A stretch of 55,931 nt of DNA, counting the filler, from Jimgerdemannia flammicorona (lineage: Eukaryota): assembly GCA_003990765.1 (NCBI GenBank). It is 3 parts of 3 records of this genome, joined end to end, with 100 filler letters (N's around TTAATTAATTAA, not from the genome) between each part and the next. Parts side by side here need not be neighbours in the genome. Positions count along the whole stretch, not along the records: positions 18,680 to 37,257 come from RBNJ01002174.1; positions 37,358 to 55,931 come from RBNJ01002175.1; 1 more part is not named here. The stretch is one strand, 5' to 3'. Made by a program: the position numbers and the translations under genes. The notes under the pieces are model-generated. The model worked only from the letters and a program-made list of their open reading frames with translations, made no database searches and had not been told where the DNA came from. This document shows, one piece after another, positions 25,084-37,565 of this stretch; positions within the stretch are counted from its first letter, which is position 1, and each line of letters starts with the position of its first letter.

Positions 25084-26169
25084 AGTAATTTTCCTGTTTT
25101 TGTTATTTCTTGCTACAAATATATTATCCATATTTGTTTATCAATATTTCGCCGGCATATTTACAGACTAACGGTTAAAGTCTAATCATTACATTCGTGT
25201 ATTTACCATGGCCAAGGTCGGTTATATTTATATGCAATTCGACACACCGGAAGGACACAGCGGTTCGCGCGACAAGATTTGCAAATTTTCTGTTTGCCAG
25301 TAAAGGGGCTGTAAACTTTACGTGAGCGGCGATAACTTTGACGGTACCGACTGTGCCTCGCATATCACACTTTACATCCCCGACGGCACTCGTCGACCTG
25401 GAAGTCTGTCTTCGCTGATACTACCAAAACCTCCCGCTCCATCCTTAATTTCTTACGCATTAGTGCGTCCTTGCGTACGAGAATGCTGATCTTGTGGTAT
25501 GTGCAACCTTTTTTTTTTTTTTCTTAATCCAACACGTAACACAGTAGCGTTAAACAACACTGAAACCTTCAGGTCCAAGTTTGGTAACAGGACTAAATAA
25601 AAAATAAAATAAAATAAAAAATGGAAAAATAAGTAACTCTACTAGGCATTTGTTTCAATATCTTGTTTTGGTACTGAATTCCTGAAATTGTGCGCCTTCG
25701 TGACACTGGAAAGTAACAATTCAGTCGGAGCCGCGATCCACTTCAGATACGCTATTGTTGACGGAAAACAGTGGCATAACCCGTCGAAAGACATGCCGCG
25801 GTGATTTTGAACTTTTTTTTTTTTTTTTCAAAACCTTCTTAGGGTTAAATGGTTTGTATTGAATAAATCAGCCTACTATATATATATTGGCCAAAGCACT
25901 CAAGAGCGATTCACAAGATATGGAGACCGTCTTGTGACATTACTCACTATAAGGACGACAGGCCCTAAGACGACAAGTGACACGTGGGAATTGAGTTTCG
26001 ATTCGGCGCCGCCGATCAGCCGCTAAGCCGCTAGCCACTTTCCGCCAAAGACTGCAGTTATTGGGTCTCGAGTTTTAGTACTTGGTTCCCACCGCTCCGG
26101 AAAAGATTTTAGCGTCACAGACCACGATCCCTCTCCTTCTTCCCATCAATTGAAAATAAGTTCCAATCG

Positions 26170-29100
26170 ATGCGTGCCGTTGCCCTCGTTACGGCCCTGA
26201 GCCTGGCAAGCGCACCCTTCGCCAGCGCGCAGACAACTCCTCGCCCCATCGACAACGTCGGCAATAACCCCACCGATGTCTACGCCGGTACTCCGAATCA
26301 GCAGCTCTTGCGCCTGGACGTCTCGAGCACCTACTTCGCCAACGCTTCGGGTGCCCTCTTCCCCGGCTCGCTCCCGCCCGCCACCGTTGCTACCAACACC
26401 ACTACCTACCCCGCCTTCCAATGCCTCGTCGCCCCGCCGGTGCCTCCCACGCAGCCGTACCCGCGTTGCGTGAGCGATCTTGTAAACGGGTATACAAACT
26501 CGCCTCTGGGGCTGCAGGTAGCGGACGCTGGGGTGCGGTCGGTGCGAAAAGTATCACATTTGGAGAGCTTCTGGGCTCAATGGTTATCGTATGACCTATT
26601 GGATATCGGAGTGAATCCCGCCGAGCAGGTCAACATCGGGCTCCCCACAGACGATGTGGCGATCAACACGGGGTCGAGTGGTGTGTCAGCCGCAGTGATA
26701 ATCAATTCGAATAATAGTCTCGAATTCTACAGAGCATTGTACATTGTCGATCCAGCCACTCAGCAGCCGAATCACACGGGAATCAACTCCGCGACGGGAT
26801 TCTTGGACGCTTCGCCTATTTATGGTTCGTCGCCCCGTGTCTATCAATGTGACGTTGCTTTATCCTATACATGTTTTTTTTTTTTTAAAACCTCAAAAGC
26901 AATTCTCATTCACGTTTTCGTTTCCAATTGGTTACTCCTTGCTTCCCTACACAGGCTCCACCGACGCCGTCCTCCGGACCCTTCGCGATGACCAAGAAAC
27001 CCACGGCAAGATGAAGCTCTTAGCTCAGAACCTCACATCTGGCGGTGAGCTAGGTCCTCTTCCGCCACTCGGTCCGGACGGCCGCTTCCTCTTGGGTAAC
27101 AACCCGGCGCGCTCTGCTAACATCTACTCGGACGCGCTGACCATTATCTTGCTGCGCGAGCACAACCGGCAGTGCGACCGTCTATACCAGCTTTATACGA
27201 CCACCTGGAATGACACCCAGTACTTCCAAGAGGCGCGCAAGTGGGTCATTGCGTTCGTTCAAAAGATTACAACCACAGAGTACCTTGGAGTTCTCCTTGG
27301 GCGCCCGTTGCCGCCGTACACGGGGTATCGGCAGGACGTCAAGCCTGGTATTGAGGCCTTTTTCGCCATGGCATCGTTCCGTTACGGACACTCAGTGTTG
27401 TCGGACGAGTACCGCATGGTCGACACGGATGCGCAGCTTATAGAGTCATTCAGCCTGAAGGGCATGTTGAACTCGGCATCCCTGATTCGCAACAAGTACG
27501 ACATCGCCACCATCCTGCGGTCGGTTAGTCTGCAAGTCCAGGAAGAGGTGGACGTATATTACGCCGACATGATGCGTAACTACGCCAGCGTGCTCAATAC
27601 CACCTTCGATACCGCCAGCTCTGACCATCTCCGCTCGCGCGATCAAGGTCTCCCACTCTACAACGACGCCCGCCAGGCCTTCGGACTCCCGCGCAAGAAT
27701 TCGTTTGCCGACATTACCAAAGACACCAAGGTTCAGAAGCGCCTGGCGCAAACGTACCAGAGCGTAGACCAGGTGGAATCGCTGGTGGGCGGTCTGGCAG
27801 AGGACCACGTGGCCGGGGCGAACGTCGGCGAGCTCTTCAACGCCAGCCTGTGGAAGCAATTCATGCGGCTTCGTGATTCCGACCGGTTCTGGTACGAGAA
27901 CCCCGGCATGTTCACCGCGGCGGAGCTGGATGTTATTCAGCACACCTCCCTACGCGACATCATTATCCGCAACCTCGCCGACCCTGCTACGGGGAATCTC
28001 CAAACTGTTCCGGCCACTCAAACCTACACTGCTAGTCTGAACGACACGTCCCAGCCGAACCCGCTCTCCTCTCTCCTCCCGGATAACCTCTGGTTCGTGC
28101 AACCAATTGGCTCACAATCTCGTAAAACTGTCGGTAACGCGCCCTCCAACTCCTTGGTGGACCCGAATGCCTATCCGAACTATTACCAATTCACCTCGCA
28201 GTATATGATCCAATGGAACACCGACCTGTCCGCAAAGCGCGTCAACATTGCCCTCACCCTCCAATCTTCTCAAGGGTGGTTCGGCATCGGGCTTAACCCA
28301 TCTGGCGCCCTCTCAATGGCAGGCGCAGATTTCATCATCGCTTCCGCGTCGCCGACAAACGGGGTGAAGCTGAATCTGTATCGATCGCAAGGGAACGCGC
28401 AGGCGCCGGTGAACGACACGGGCGCGTACGTACTGAGCAATGTGAACGCAACAATTGTGGAAGGGGTGGCTGTTCTCGTGACATTCACGCGGGCGATGGA
28501 TACGGGTGTGGCAGGAAAGGCGGTGTTTAGCAATTCAGAAATGAACCTGATCTGGGCGTACAACCCGCAGGAGTCGAATCCAACGTATCATGGCGGAAAC
28601 CGTGGGGGAATACAGATCAATTTCTTGTCGGGGATGATTGCAGAGGTAAACGCCGGGTCGAAACGGACAACGCAGTTGGTGCATGGCGTGTTCATGTTCG
28701 GTGTGTGGGCGCTGTTGTTTCCGGTATCGATTTACATTATGAGGTCGGTAGGATGATAAAAAAAATCATTTCTTGTCCCATATGTATTGAACGTATGCTT
28801 TTTCGCAGATTATTTTCTATCTAACACACATCATTCATACCCCAACCCGGCTTCAAAACAGGTTTGCTAAACACTGGGAGATGTATCTTACAATCCACCG
28901 CGTTCTCCAGCTCATCGGCGGTGTTTCCGTTGGTGCTGTCGGCGCCGCCGCCATCACGGCCATCGACCCGTCTGTCCGCACCGTACACTCGACCGTTGGT
29001 TTGATCCTATATTGCCTCATTTTTGTGCAAATCGGCATGGGCCTGATTTCGAACTACAGCATGGAGTGGGTCGAATCCGTAAACACCGGCATTATCCTCG

Positions 29101-31340
29101 TCATCAAGAAGACGCACAAATATTTTGGTGCCACATTGCTAATCGGCTCCCTCGCCAACATCTATCTCGGCATTATCACCTTCGACCCCACTACAATTAT
29201 GGCGGACGTTTACTTGGGTTGGCTGGGCATACTCGTGGCCGTCTTCGTGATCAAGCAAGTCTCGTTCTCGTGGCAAGCTATGCGGAACCGGAAGAAGGGA
29301 CTGGAAGCCAAGGCGGGCGAAGACAGGCTAGGCATGAGAGAATTCATTAATGATGAAGTGATAGAGAAGCTCACGCTCATCACCTGGAAAGATTTCAACG
29401 AACGCGTAGCAAGCGGCGCCGTTCTAGTCATGGTGGATGACTTTGTCTTCGACATTATGGGCTGGGTGGGCTCCCACCCTGGAGGATCGATGATTCTGAA
29501 GCGTGCCAATGGGACAGACATCTCCAACGACCTTTTGGGACTTCGCCGCGATACCGACGGCATGTCGACGAAGAAACAGCCACTGCGTCGCCAGGGCTCG
29601 GGACTCGGTCCACAAGACAGGATCTCCTCGAGACTCGAAAAGTACCTGGCGCCTACGGACAAGGAAAGATTGAAGCGAGCCAGCACCCAAGTTTCCGGTG
29701 TAACTTCCAAAAGAGGCGGCGAGGACTTCTTCACCCGCATGCTCCCCGGGGGCTCGGTTGCCTCTACGATGGATTATATCAATTCTAATTTCTTCCAGCC
29801 AGGCGAGATGGCACGTCACGCGCATTCCAACTACGCCAAACGCAAACTCGCCTCTATGGTCACCGCCCGTATTGACAACTCGGACGACGGCAACGCGATG
29901 GGCCTCCCAAGCCCCGACATGGTAGGCCGTCACAACGGACCGGGATCGACCCCAGGGTCACCCACGGGCACGGTTGTGTCTCCGAGTCCGGCGCCAGGCG
30001 CGGTATTCCCAAAGCCGATCATGCCGTTCTTGCTTCGGGCCCCTGCCACACGACATCAGTTCCGCCGATACGTCCTTATTGACAAGGTAAACATTGCGCT
30101 TGGCAAGCAACCGGTGGTGGCGTTCACGTTCTCGCCGGTACATACGATCAGGAACGATTTGGATTTACCTCTACTACCGGGACAGTATGTGGAGTTAATG
30201 TCACAGGTTCGGCAGGAGGTGGTTAAGCGGCCGTACAACGTTGTGCACGGCTCGGTGAGGACGGAGTTCACCATCTACGTCAAAATCTATACGAATGGTA
30301 AGATGTCCAGTCACCTCAATCTGGAGCGCCAGGTTAAGACGGAGATCAGCGTTCGCGGGCCCTTCGATATGACAAACCGCGTCGAAGCCGCGGATATCAT
30401 CTGGCGACGACCCAAGGGCGTTGATCCTAACCTTGCTCCTCGACAAGACTCGATCATGTTGAATCCGAAACGTGCCGATGGACGGTGGCAACATGTGTAC
30501 GCTATCGTCGGAGGCACTGGAATCACGCCAATTCTCCAACTGATTCAATACTACCAGTACGTTCTGGAGGAAGAGCACAAAAGGCACGTCAAATTAGCGT
30601 ATTCTGCACCCGACTCCCCACAGGACCCGCCGATCGTTACGTGGATCAACATCCTTTTCGCCAATCACACCGTCCTGGACGTTTTCGAAAGCGGACAGCT
30701 CGAATCCCTTGCGACAAACACGGGGAACCCGCACCTGCGGATTACGATTAGCTATGTGTTCTCTGAGCCGCCAGACAACTGGCAAGGTCTGAGTGGTCTT
30801 TTGGATCGGGAAAAGATGGAGGATTGGGTACGAAGTTGCCAAGAGCAATCGACGACCGAACATCAGAACAGCGCGCCGGAGCCGCCCGTACACGGAAGGT
30901 TGTCCGATGAGCAATTGAAAACCCGTGGCGCCATCCACAAAAGCCACACAATCCGCGAAATCACGCAAAGGCCTTCCCTAGCTGTATGGTCGCCGCCTGG
31001 CACGGGTCAGCATCATTTGCACCCACGGCAGCAGCGGCAACAATCGGGGGCGCAGGGGCTCGAGGTGCCAACAATATCTGTAACTTTTGCGGACGAGGAG
31101 GTAGGGTCCAATAACAGCGGGCATCCGGACAATGTTGAAGATATCTCGATGCTACCACTGTCGAGGTCGCCAACGGCAGTTGGAATCGACGAGATTACCG
31201 GAATCCTCGAGGACGAGATTCGGCAGAATGTAGTGTTCATCTGCGGCCCGGACAAGATGATGGAGAGCGTGAAAACCATCCTGACGCAGATAGAGATAGA
31301 GGAGATTAAGGAGAACAGCTGGGTTCTCACACTGTTCTGA
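26170..31340 (+). CDS. Multidomain heme peroxidase - DOMON - cytochrome b561 - cytochrome b5 - FAD/NAD(P)H oxidoreductase, join(26170..26824,26955..28743,28862..31340), 1640 aa
   Basis: Two GT-AG introns join three ORFs in frame (4923 nt). Signal peptide. Peroxidase motifs WAQWLSYD, NSATGFLDASPIYGS, LLREHNR, FRYGHS, RSRDQGLP, QFMRLRDSDRFWYEN. DOMON GWFGIG..SMAGAD..YHGGNRG. b561 with four His. b5 HPGG and HS. RPYN, GKMS, GGTGITP, CGP and terminal Phe. Confidence 0.92.
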
Positions 31341-32166
31341 AAGTGCTGCGTCAAACCAATACTCCTCTCTTGCACCTTCCAATCCGTTTGTAAAAAAAAT
31401 CTTAATAGCCGTCTGTCAGTTTCCATTATCTATACTACTATAGTTATGAACCAGCGCAATAAACATTTAATAAGTATCATCTGCGACAAGCAGATCTCCT
31501 TGTCCGACCTTCCTATGGAGCAAAAGTCTGAGTAAGCGATCTGGGCCAACCAGAAACATCCTATTCGGACACTCCGACGCAGGAGTAATTGGCGATGAGA
31601 GCAGAGTCCACCAAAGCAATATCGCCTGCCTTGCCTCAGTCTCAAATGGCATCGCCCTCCCCACCCCCCCCCCCCCCCCCCCCCCCCTCCCTCATTCCCC
31701 AAGATTCAGGGGCGGGGGGCAGAGCGACCAAAACGAGATTGTTGAACACGTTCCACAATTTCCGACGTGCTTACATATACCCATTTGCTACGATTTACTA
31801 TTTCGCTTGACACGTACAACATTGATTCTTTTGACGTTTTTTTATTTATTTATTTCTTTCAAGGATAGCAGGGTTTACCTTCCACTTGGTGCATTCGCAA
31901 CTAGATACATTATCAGTGTGCGAGACGTCACGTTTCTTTCATGCAGCTCGTTGTTTACCACACTGACTAGTTTACATGCTGAAGGATCAGTGATAATATA
32001 TATATATATACAATGCAGTGAGTTTAAATTACAAAAGAATTATACAGAAGCCAATGGTTTCGACGTTCAAACAAAAACCTACACAAAAAAAACCCCCCCA
32101 AACAAACTCTACACGTAACCCTCCTTTACTCTATATCGCTGCAACCCGTTCTCCCGTCCTTCCACT

Positions 32167-32906
32167 TCACCCCGTAGTCTCGCCCTGCGGCGCCCAGGCC
32201 GGGTCGCTGGCAACGACTTCGTTTGTCACGCCGGTCTCCGGCCCAGTGATCCCCCGAGTCGACTGGTTTATACCGAGTATATGGCGCATTATCCGACACC
32301 TGTGTTCGAGTAAGGCGAGGCACTGCTCCGATTGCTGGCGGGACATGCATGTCATCAAAGATTTGAACTTCGTATCGTCGGCGATGCCAGTCAGCGAAGG
32401 TGAGGAAGGCGGCGGTAGAGGCGGGGAGTTGAGGAGGTCAGTCGTGGTGGGAAATGAGGTGATGGCCTGGGTTGGCAGTGTGCCAGGTGGTGAATAGACA
32501 ATGATGACTGGGATGAAAGGAACGAGAGCGGACACGGGGGCGGACACGGGGACGAGCACGGGGGCGGTTTGCTCCTCTGTACAGGAGCAGTTGCTCGCCT
32601 TTTCGTTTTGGATGCGATCCTCGAAAGCGGCGCATTTATTGTAGACTCTTCCCGAAAAGCTGTCGTGTGGTGAGTGGCGAATCGGCGCGGACATCATGAT
32701 CGGCGGCTCTGAGTGCCCCTTCGCGGGACCGACGTCGGGACATTCATTCACAAATCGAAAATATGTAGCGTGACCGTAGCTGTAAGGGATACCGGCATGC
32801 GCGCAGTGGCCGTATTGATGGTCGCACTCAATGTTTTGCTCCCTGTAATTTGTGCACTGGAGGGCGGAGGGGCGGAGAAGAAAGCGTTAGAAGAAAGCAT
32901 GGCATA
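32167..32906 (-). CDS. Hypothetical Pro/Ser-rich protein (possibly 2 exons)
   Basis: ORF 32167-32751 (194 aa) plus an upstream ORF with a possible GT donor. GC-rich like neighbouring genes. No recognisable domain. Confidence 0.35.
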
Positions 32907-33084
32907 ATGAAAACGGTTCAACAGCGCTCTTATATCAACAAATTCGATGCTTACAGACAACATGAAACGCGAACTTTGTGGCCTCGGCTCTCCGAGTCTA
33001 TGTTGGTTGTCAAGATTCACCTGACAGTCATTTTCGTCATCTTCCGGTCAATGCGCAATTATGAACGATTGTGGAGAAAGGGAG

Positions 33085-33870
33085 TTACACGACAGAGGCT
33101 AGAGGCAATAAAATCCATGGTCCCACGAGTTTACACCGCTGGTTCTTACCATTCATTATTTCTGTATAGCGGCTAAAGTCGTCCTCCTCGGATTGAGCGT
33201 CATTCACCCCTGTAATCCAAGAAGGTACACTCGGTAAAGCCTCAGGCGACATCCCTGGTATGAACATCTCGTTGCCCATGCTGCCAGTAAAAGGACTACT
33301 GGGAATGCTACTATTATTACTCGAACTGGGCACGCTACTGTAACCTGGACTGCCCATGTTGAAGTTTCCCGAGTTGCTCGCGCTCTCGTTCCAACCGCCA
33401 ATCGTGCCGCCGTTCAGGTTTGGAAAGAGCCACGGAGCGTCCTCGCTCGCCATCGCCACCGGAGTGTCTCCGCGGCCTGCAACCTTAACATCGTCAGTGT
33501 CGTCGAGCGCATCCGTGTCGATGTCCATAGCTCCCGTACTGGCGATCGAGCGGGCGGTACCTCCCGACGGTGGACACGATTCGCACACTTTCCCAGCCTT
33601 CTCGCATCGCCGGCAGGGGAAGCCTGGACAGGCCCTCTTTTTAGCCTTACAGCGCACACACACCTTTCCAGGCTTTGTGCGGTTCGTCGGAGGCCGGATG
33701 CGGTGGGAGCGGCAGCGCTTTTTGAGGCGTGTGCAATCGTTGCAGTCCTTGTACTTCCAGGACACTGGTATGGGAGCAGTGGGTGGTGGGGATGGCAGCA
33801 AACGCTGTGGTTTCTTGGGGATGACAGGGATTTCAGGGGTCGGCGCCGAGAGAGAAAGAGAGGCATCCAT
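33085..33870 (-). CDS. Small Zn(II)2Cys6-like transcription factor
   Basis: CVRCKAKKRACPGFPCRRCEKAGKVC = C-x2-C-x6-C-x4-C-x2-C-x6-C, followed by an acidic/Ser-rich tail. The 3' end may be spliced. Confidence 0.75.
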   Translation of the reverse strand: MDASLSLSAPTPEIPVIPKKPQRLLPSPPPTAPIPVSWKYKDCNDCTRLKKRCRSHRIRPPTNRTKPGKVCVRCKAKKRACPGFPCRRCEKAGKVCESCPPSGGTARSIASTGAMDIDTDALDDTDDVKVAGRGDTPVAMASEDAPWLFPNLNGGTIGGWNESASNSGNFNMGSPGYSSVPSSSNNSSIPSSPFTGSMGNEMFIPGMSPEALPSVPSWITGVNDAQSEEDDFSRYTEIMNGKNQRCKLVGPWILLPLASVV

Positions 33871-34102
33871 GGCTGAGGAGAAAAACGCGTCCCTGAGGAG
33901 CTTTTATAGCCATCATGAGGCACTATCACGTGTTCATTCGGTCCCGCAACATCTATTTTTGGCAGGTTGCGGCACCACTATCGGCTCCGCGGTGGCGCAC
34001 TTCATGGCCGAATGGACAGTGGTAGTTCTGACGAAGTTATTTTTTTTTTTTTTAAAAAAAAAAAATATTTTATTTGTGTGAGTCTTTTTATTTTTTTATC
34101 TT

Positions 34103-34138
<36 letters not shown>

Positions 34139-35020
34139 GCAGGCTGCGAATATATATATATTTCAAATAACATGTGAATTTCTCATAAGCCCTTATCGGA
34201 AGTCGCTCCCGACGCGAAAATTCACCAAATTTGGAGCTTTGAAATTTCTGTGCACGAATTCCAGCCGACAAGTCAGGGGGGAATGGTGAGTGTTTGCAGT
34301 GAATGAGGCCCAGATAGCCTTGTGGTAGCACGCCAGCAAGCACGCCAGAAAGTTGAGGGCTCGACTGCGTAGTCAGCGTTGATATGAAAAATCATGTCCT
34401 GTTGTGAGGGCCTATTATATAGGGTTACGTGTTCAACATTCATTGTGGCTGACATAAGAAGCAGAGCCGAAACGTGGCGCCTTTTTATATTTCTCACGTT
34501 CCGTTGGGGCATCTAATTAATTTTGGGGGGTAAACCTGCAGCATACTGGAAGTCTGATAAGAAACGAGATACTTTCTTTCCGCATGCATTGTTTTAGCGC
34601 AACGAACCCAAGAAAGTCGCTGACCAAACGCATGAATCTTGGTTTCAGTACAGTGTTTGGGTGTAGACGACGTCCTTCTGTTTGAATAATAACTACTACG
34701 GTCGTGATTATCTTGTATGATCTTGGCCATGGTGTCTGGCGAGAACAGTGGTATTTCACAACTTCTAGGAGTCTCTGCCTCGTAAGCTACGGTACTTCTC
34801 GTTTGTTTATGCAAAACGAGGGGATATTTATAATAAGAGATACGCGCGACGGATCCAGGGCGGATCGGAAATACAGGTTGATGGATGATTGGCAAACTCG
34901 TTATTACATATTTATAATATTTAGCGACTACAATGTTCTTTCGACACGTCCCTGCTCAGAATTGCCATCACCAACAAACAAGTTGGCGCATCGTCGCTTA
35001 TATTTCCAAGTATGAACCAC

Positions 35021-36260
35021 CTAACTGTTTTCACTCGATCTCATTTGCCTGAGTTCGTTATACGAATAAAATTGACTGCTCGAGCGCGAAACTCCGTCGG
35101 AGTTCTCGGCACGATTGTCATGGGCTTCTCTTCGCCTGGCGATGAATTCCCGCGTTTCTCTTGATATGGGCATCGAGCGCATAGCTTTGAACGCCCGTGT
35201 CGCTCGACTGCTTACTTGAAACGGTATTGGTCGGTTGATGGGATTTCTGTTCCAACAATCATGAATCAGATCGGCCAATGGTTTAGGCATACCAGGCACC
35301 GGCTCTTCCCGTAGGCCATCTTTGTCGGCGTACCCGTTTGGTGGAACGCCTGTCACAATCTGCCACATTAGCGTACCGAGGCAATAGACTTCGGAATACT
35401 CATTGTAAGGTTTGCTTTCGTAAACCTCCGGTGGCAGATACTCACGACGGCCGTAGACACCCCTTTGTGATTTTTGGCCTCTGATTTTGCTGAGGTTGGT
35501 GTCGATGAAAACGGGATCCCCGTCATTCATGAACACGACATTGCCAGGGTGTAGATCTTGATGGATTACACCATGCTTGTGAATCTGGTATAGCCGTCTG
35601 GCTAGTATCTGGCATGCCTGTGCCATAGCGCCCCAGGTGCCGTCCGTGCCGAATCTCTTGTCGTCAAGACTCTGTTCTCCGCACCGTGTCACCATGATGT
35701 ACTTGCCGCTCTGACTGTTGTAAGAAATTCCAAAAATGTATGCTGTTGGCACAAGCTCCCTGGCCTTTTGAGAGGAAAGGTGAACGTTCAATGGCACCTA
35801 GTATCAAATCCATTGAAAATAAATCAATCATAAAAGGCAGTTGAATAACGGAAACGTAAGATTCAAATGGCTCGGTCGTATTCACAATAACCTATTGAAA
35901 ACAAAATTGTCAACCTACCTCTTTGCACAAGATTTTCTCGTCAACCTCTTTAAGGGCGAAGCTCAGTCCCTCCTTTCCCCATCGAAGGCCACTCCTCTTA
36001 GGCGAAAGGTCGGCGCGATAAACCTTTGCGAATGCGCCCTCACCTATTAAGCGGATGTTGTTGAAGTCCTCGTAGGGAATCCAGACGAGGCACGGTTTAG
36101 CCTTTTTGAAAAGCTTGAGATGCTTCATATGTAGGTGAAGGTTTTTCTCTTGGTCTGCAAACATGGCCTTGCAATTGATCCAGTCATCGAACGGCCTTCG
36201 ATGACTACTGGTGACAATCAGGCGATTCACTTCTCGATCTTCGTTATTGGCGTCAGCCAT
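35021..36260 (-). CDS. Protein kinase (TKL-like), join(36260..35919,35797..35021), ~372 aa
   Basis: WIPYEDF, IGEGAFAKVY, FALKE, alphaC Glu at the splice, VIHQDLHPGN, YLPPE, LMWQIVTGVPP, CWNRNPINRP. GT-AG intron 35918-35798. Start codon uncertain. Confidence 0.88.
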
Positions 36261-37257
36261 GAAGGTTTTCAGCAAGTGGGAAGAATTCGGAATTCGGAGC
36301 TTTTAACAACTGGGAAGAATTCTTCATATATATACTTCTTTCATGGCTCCCACGGTTCACTGTCCGAAACTAAGAACAGTAAATTTTCCGAGGCGGCGTG
36401 ACTTTTTGTTGTTTGATGACGCATATTACTACTGTGGCGGAGGCGGTGAGGCGTTGGATATGGTGTCAAGCCAGCATCGTCGTTTCCTTGACTCTATGAA
36501 AAGATATAGCCTCGATTCGGGCGAGATGAACCTTTGCAATCGCCGTACTTGGGAACATGTATATTTGAAAAGAAAAAGAAAAAAAAAAAAAAAAAAATTC
36601 ACCAGAGGGGATTCATTTTGCAAAGACGGAAACGCGGCGCTTTGTTGATATCTAAACCTCGTCTAAACAATACTTCCCGTAAATCATTTCTAATTGTAGT
36701 TAACACGTTTCTAATTCCTTAAAATGAGACTCGGTATTGAAAGACTTGCCAGAAGATACGATTGTTATTACACGAGAAGGTGGATATGAGGAAAGAACTC
36801 GGGTATATCCTTTATTAAGGTCATTCGAAGCCATGTACTAATTCATAACATGGTTTATATAGCAAGTAGAGAGAGCGTTTGTAATTATTATAAATAGATT
36901 TGGCTAGTTAAGCCACACTCCGCCGCACACGCCGCCGCCACAGTTGCACACCGCCACAAGCCACACACTATCATGTGCGCCTCCGATAAAAAAATATCGT
37001 AACCTGCTGACATCTGCCACTCTTTATAGCTGACCCCGCTAAATATCACGTGATTGTCGTCTTTAGGTTGGCTGCGTAACATAACGTTCCAAACGTTCGG
37101 CTAGATCTTGAGCGAAACCACACATGGTCAAGGTGGGATTCCACGAACCAGCCGTCGGAAAGAGTGCACCACCAGTCACGTACTTTACATATTCGAAAAA
37201 AAAAAAAAAAAAAAAAAAACAAAAAAATTTAGATTTTTTTTTTTTTTTTTTTTTTTT

Positions 37258-37357
37258 NNNNNNNNNNNNNNNNNNNNNNNNNNNNNNNNNNNNNNNNNNN
37301 NTTAATTAATTAANNNNNNNNNNNNNNNNNNNNNNNNNNNNNNNNNNNNNNNNNNNN
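37258..37357. other. Artificial contig linker (N44-TTAATTAATTAA-N44)
   Basis: Identical to 18580-18679. Confidence 0.97.
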
Positions 37358-37565
37358 ACCGTTTTCTTATGGTCAAGATCAATTTCGTATGGAGTACGTC
37401 CTCTACGCTTATTGATTTCAAGATCGGGTTGACGTCTCAACCAAAGTCCTTTTCCGGACTAGTTCTGGATGTTCAGGATTTTCCATATTTCAGGAAGTTC
37501 AAGAAACTAAGACCAGCTTAGTTGAATCGGCATATCGCTGCAGACAATACCCAATTAGGAAATTT

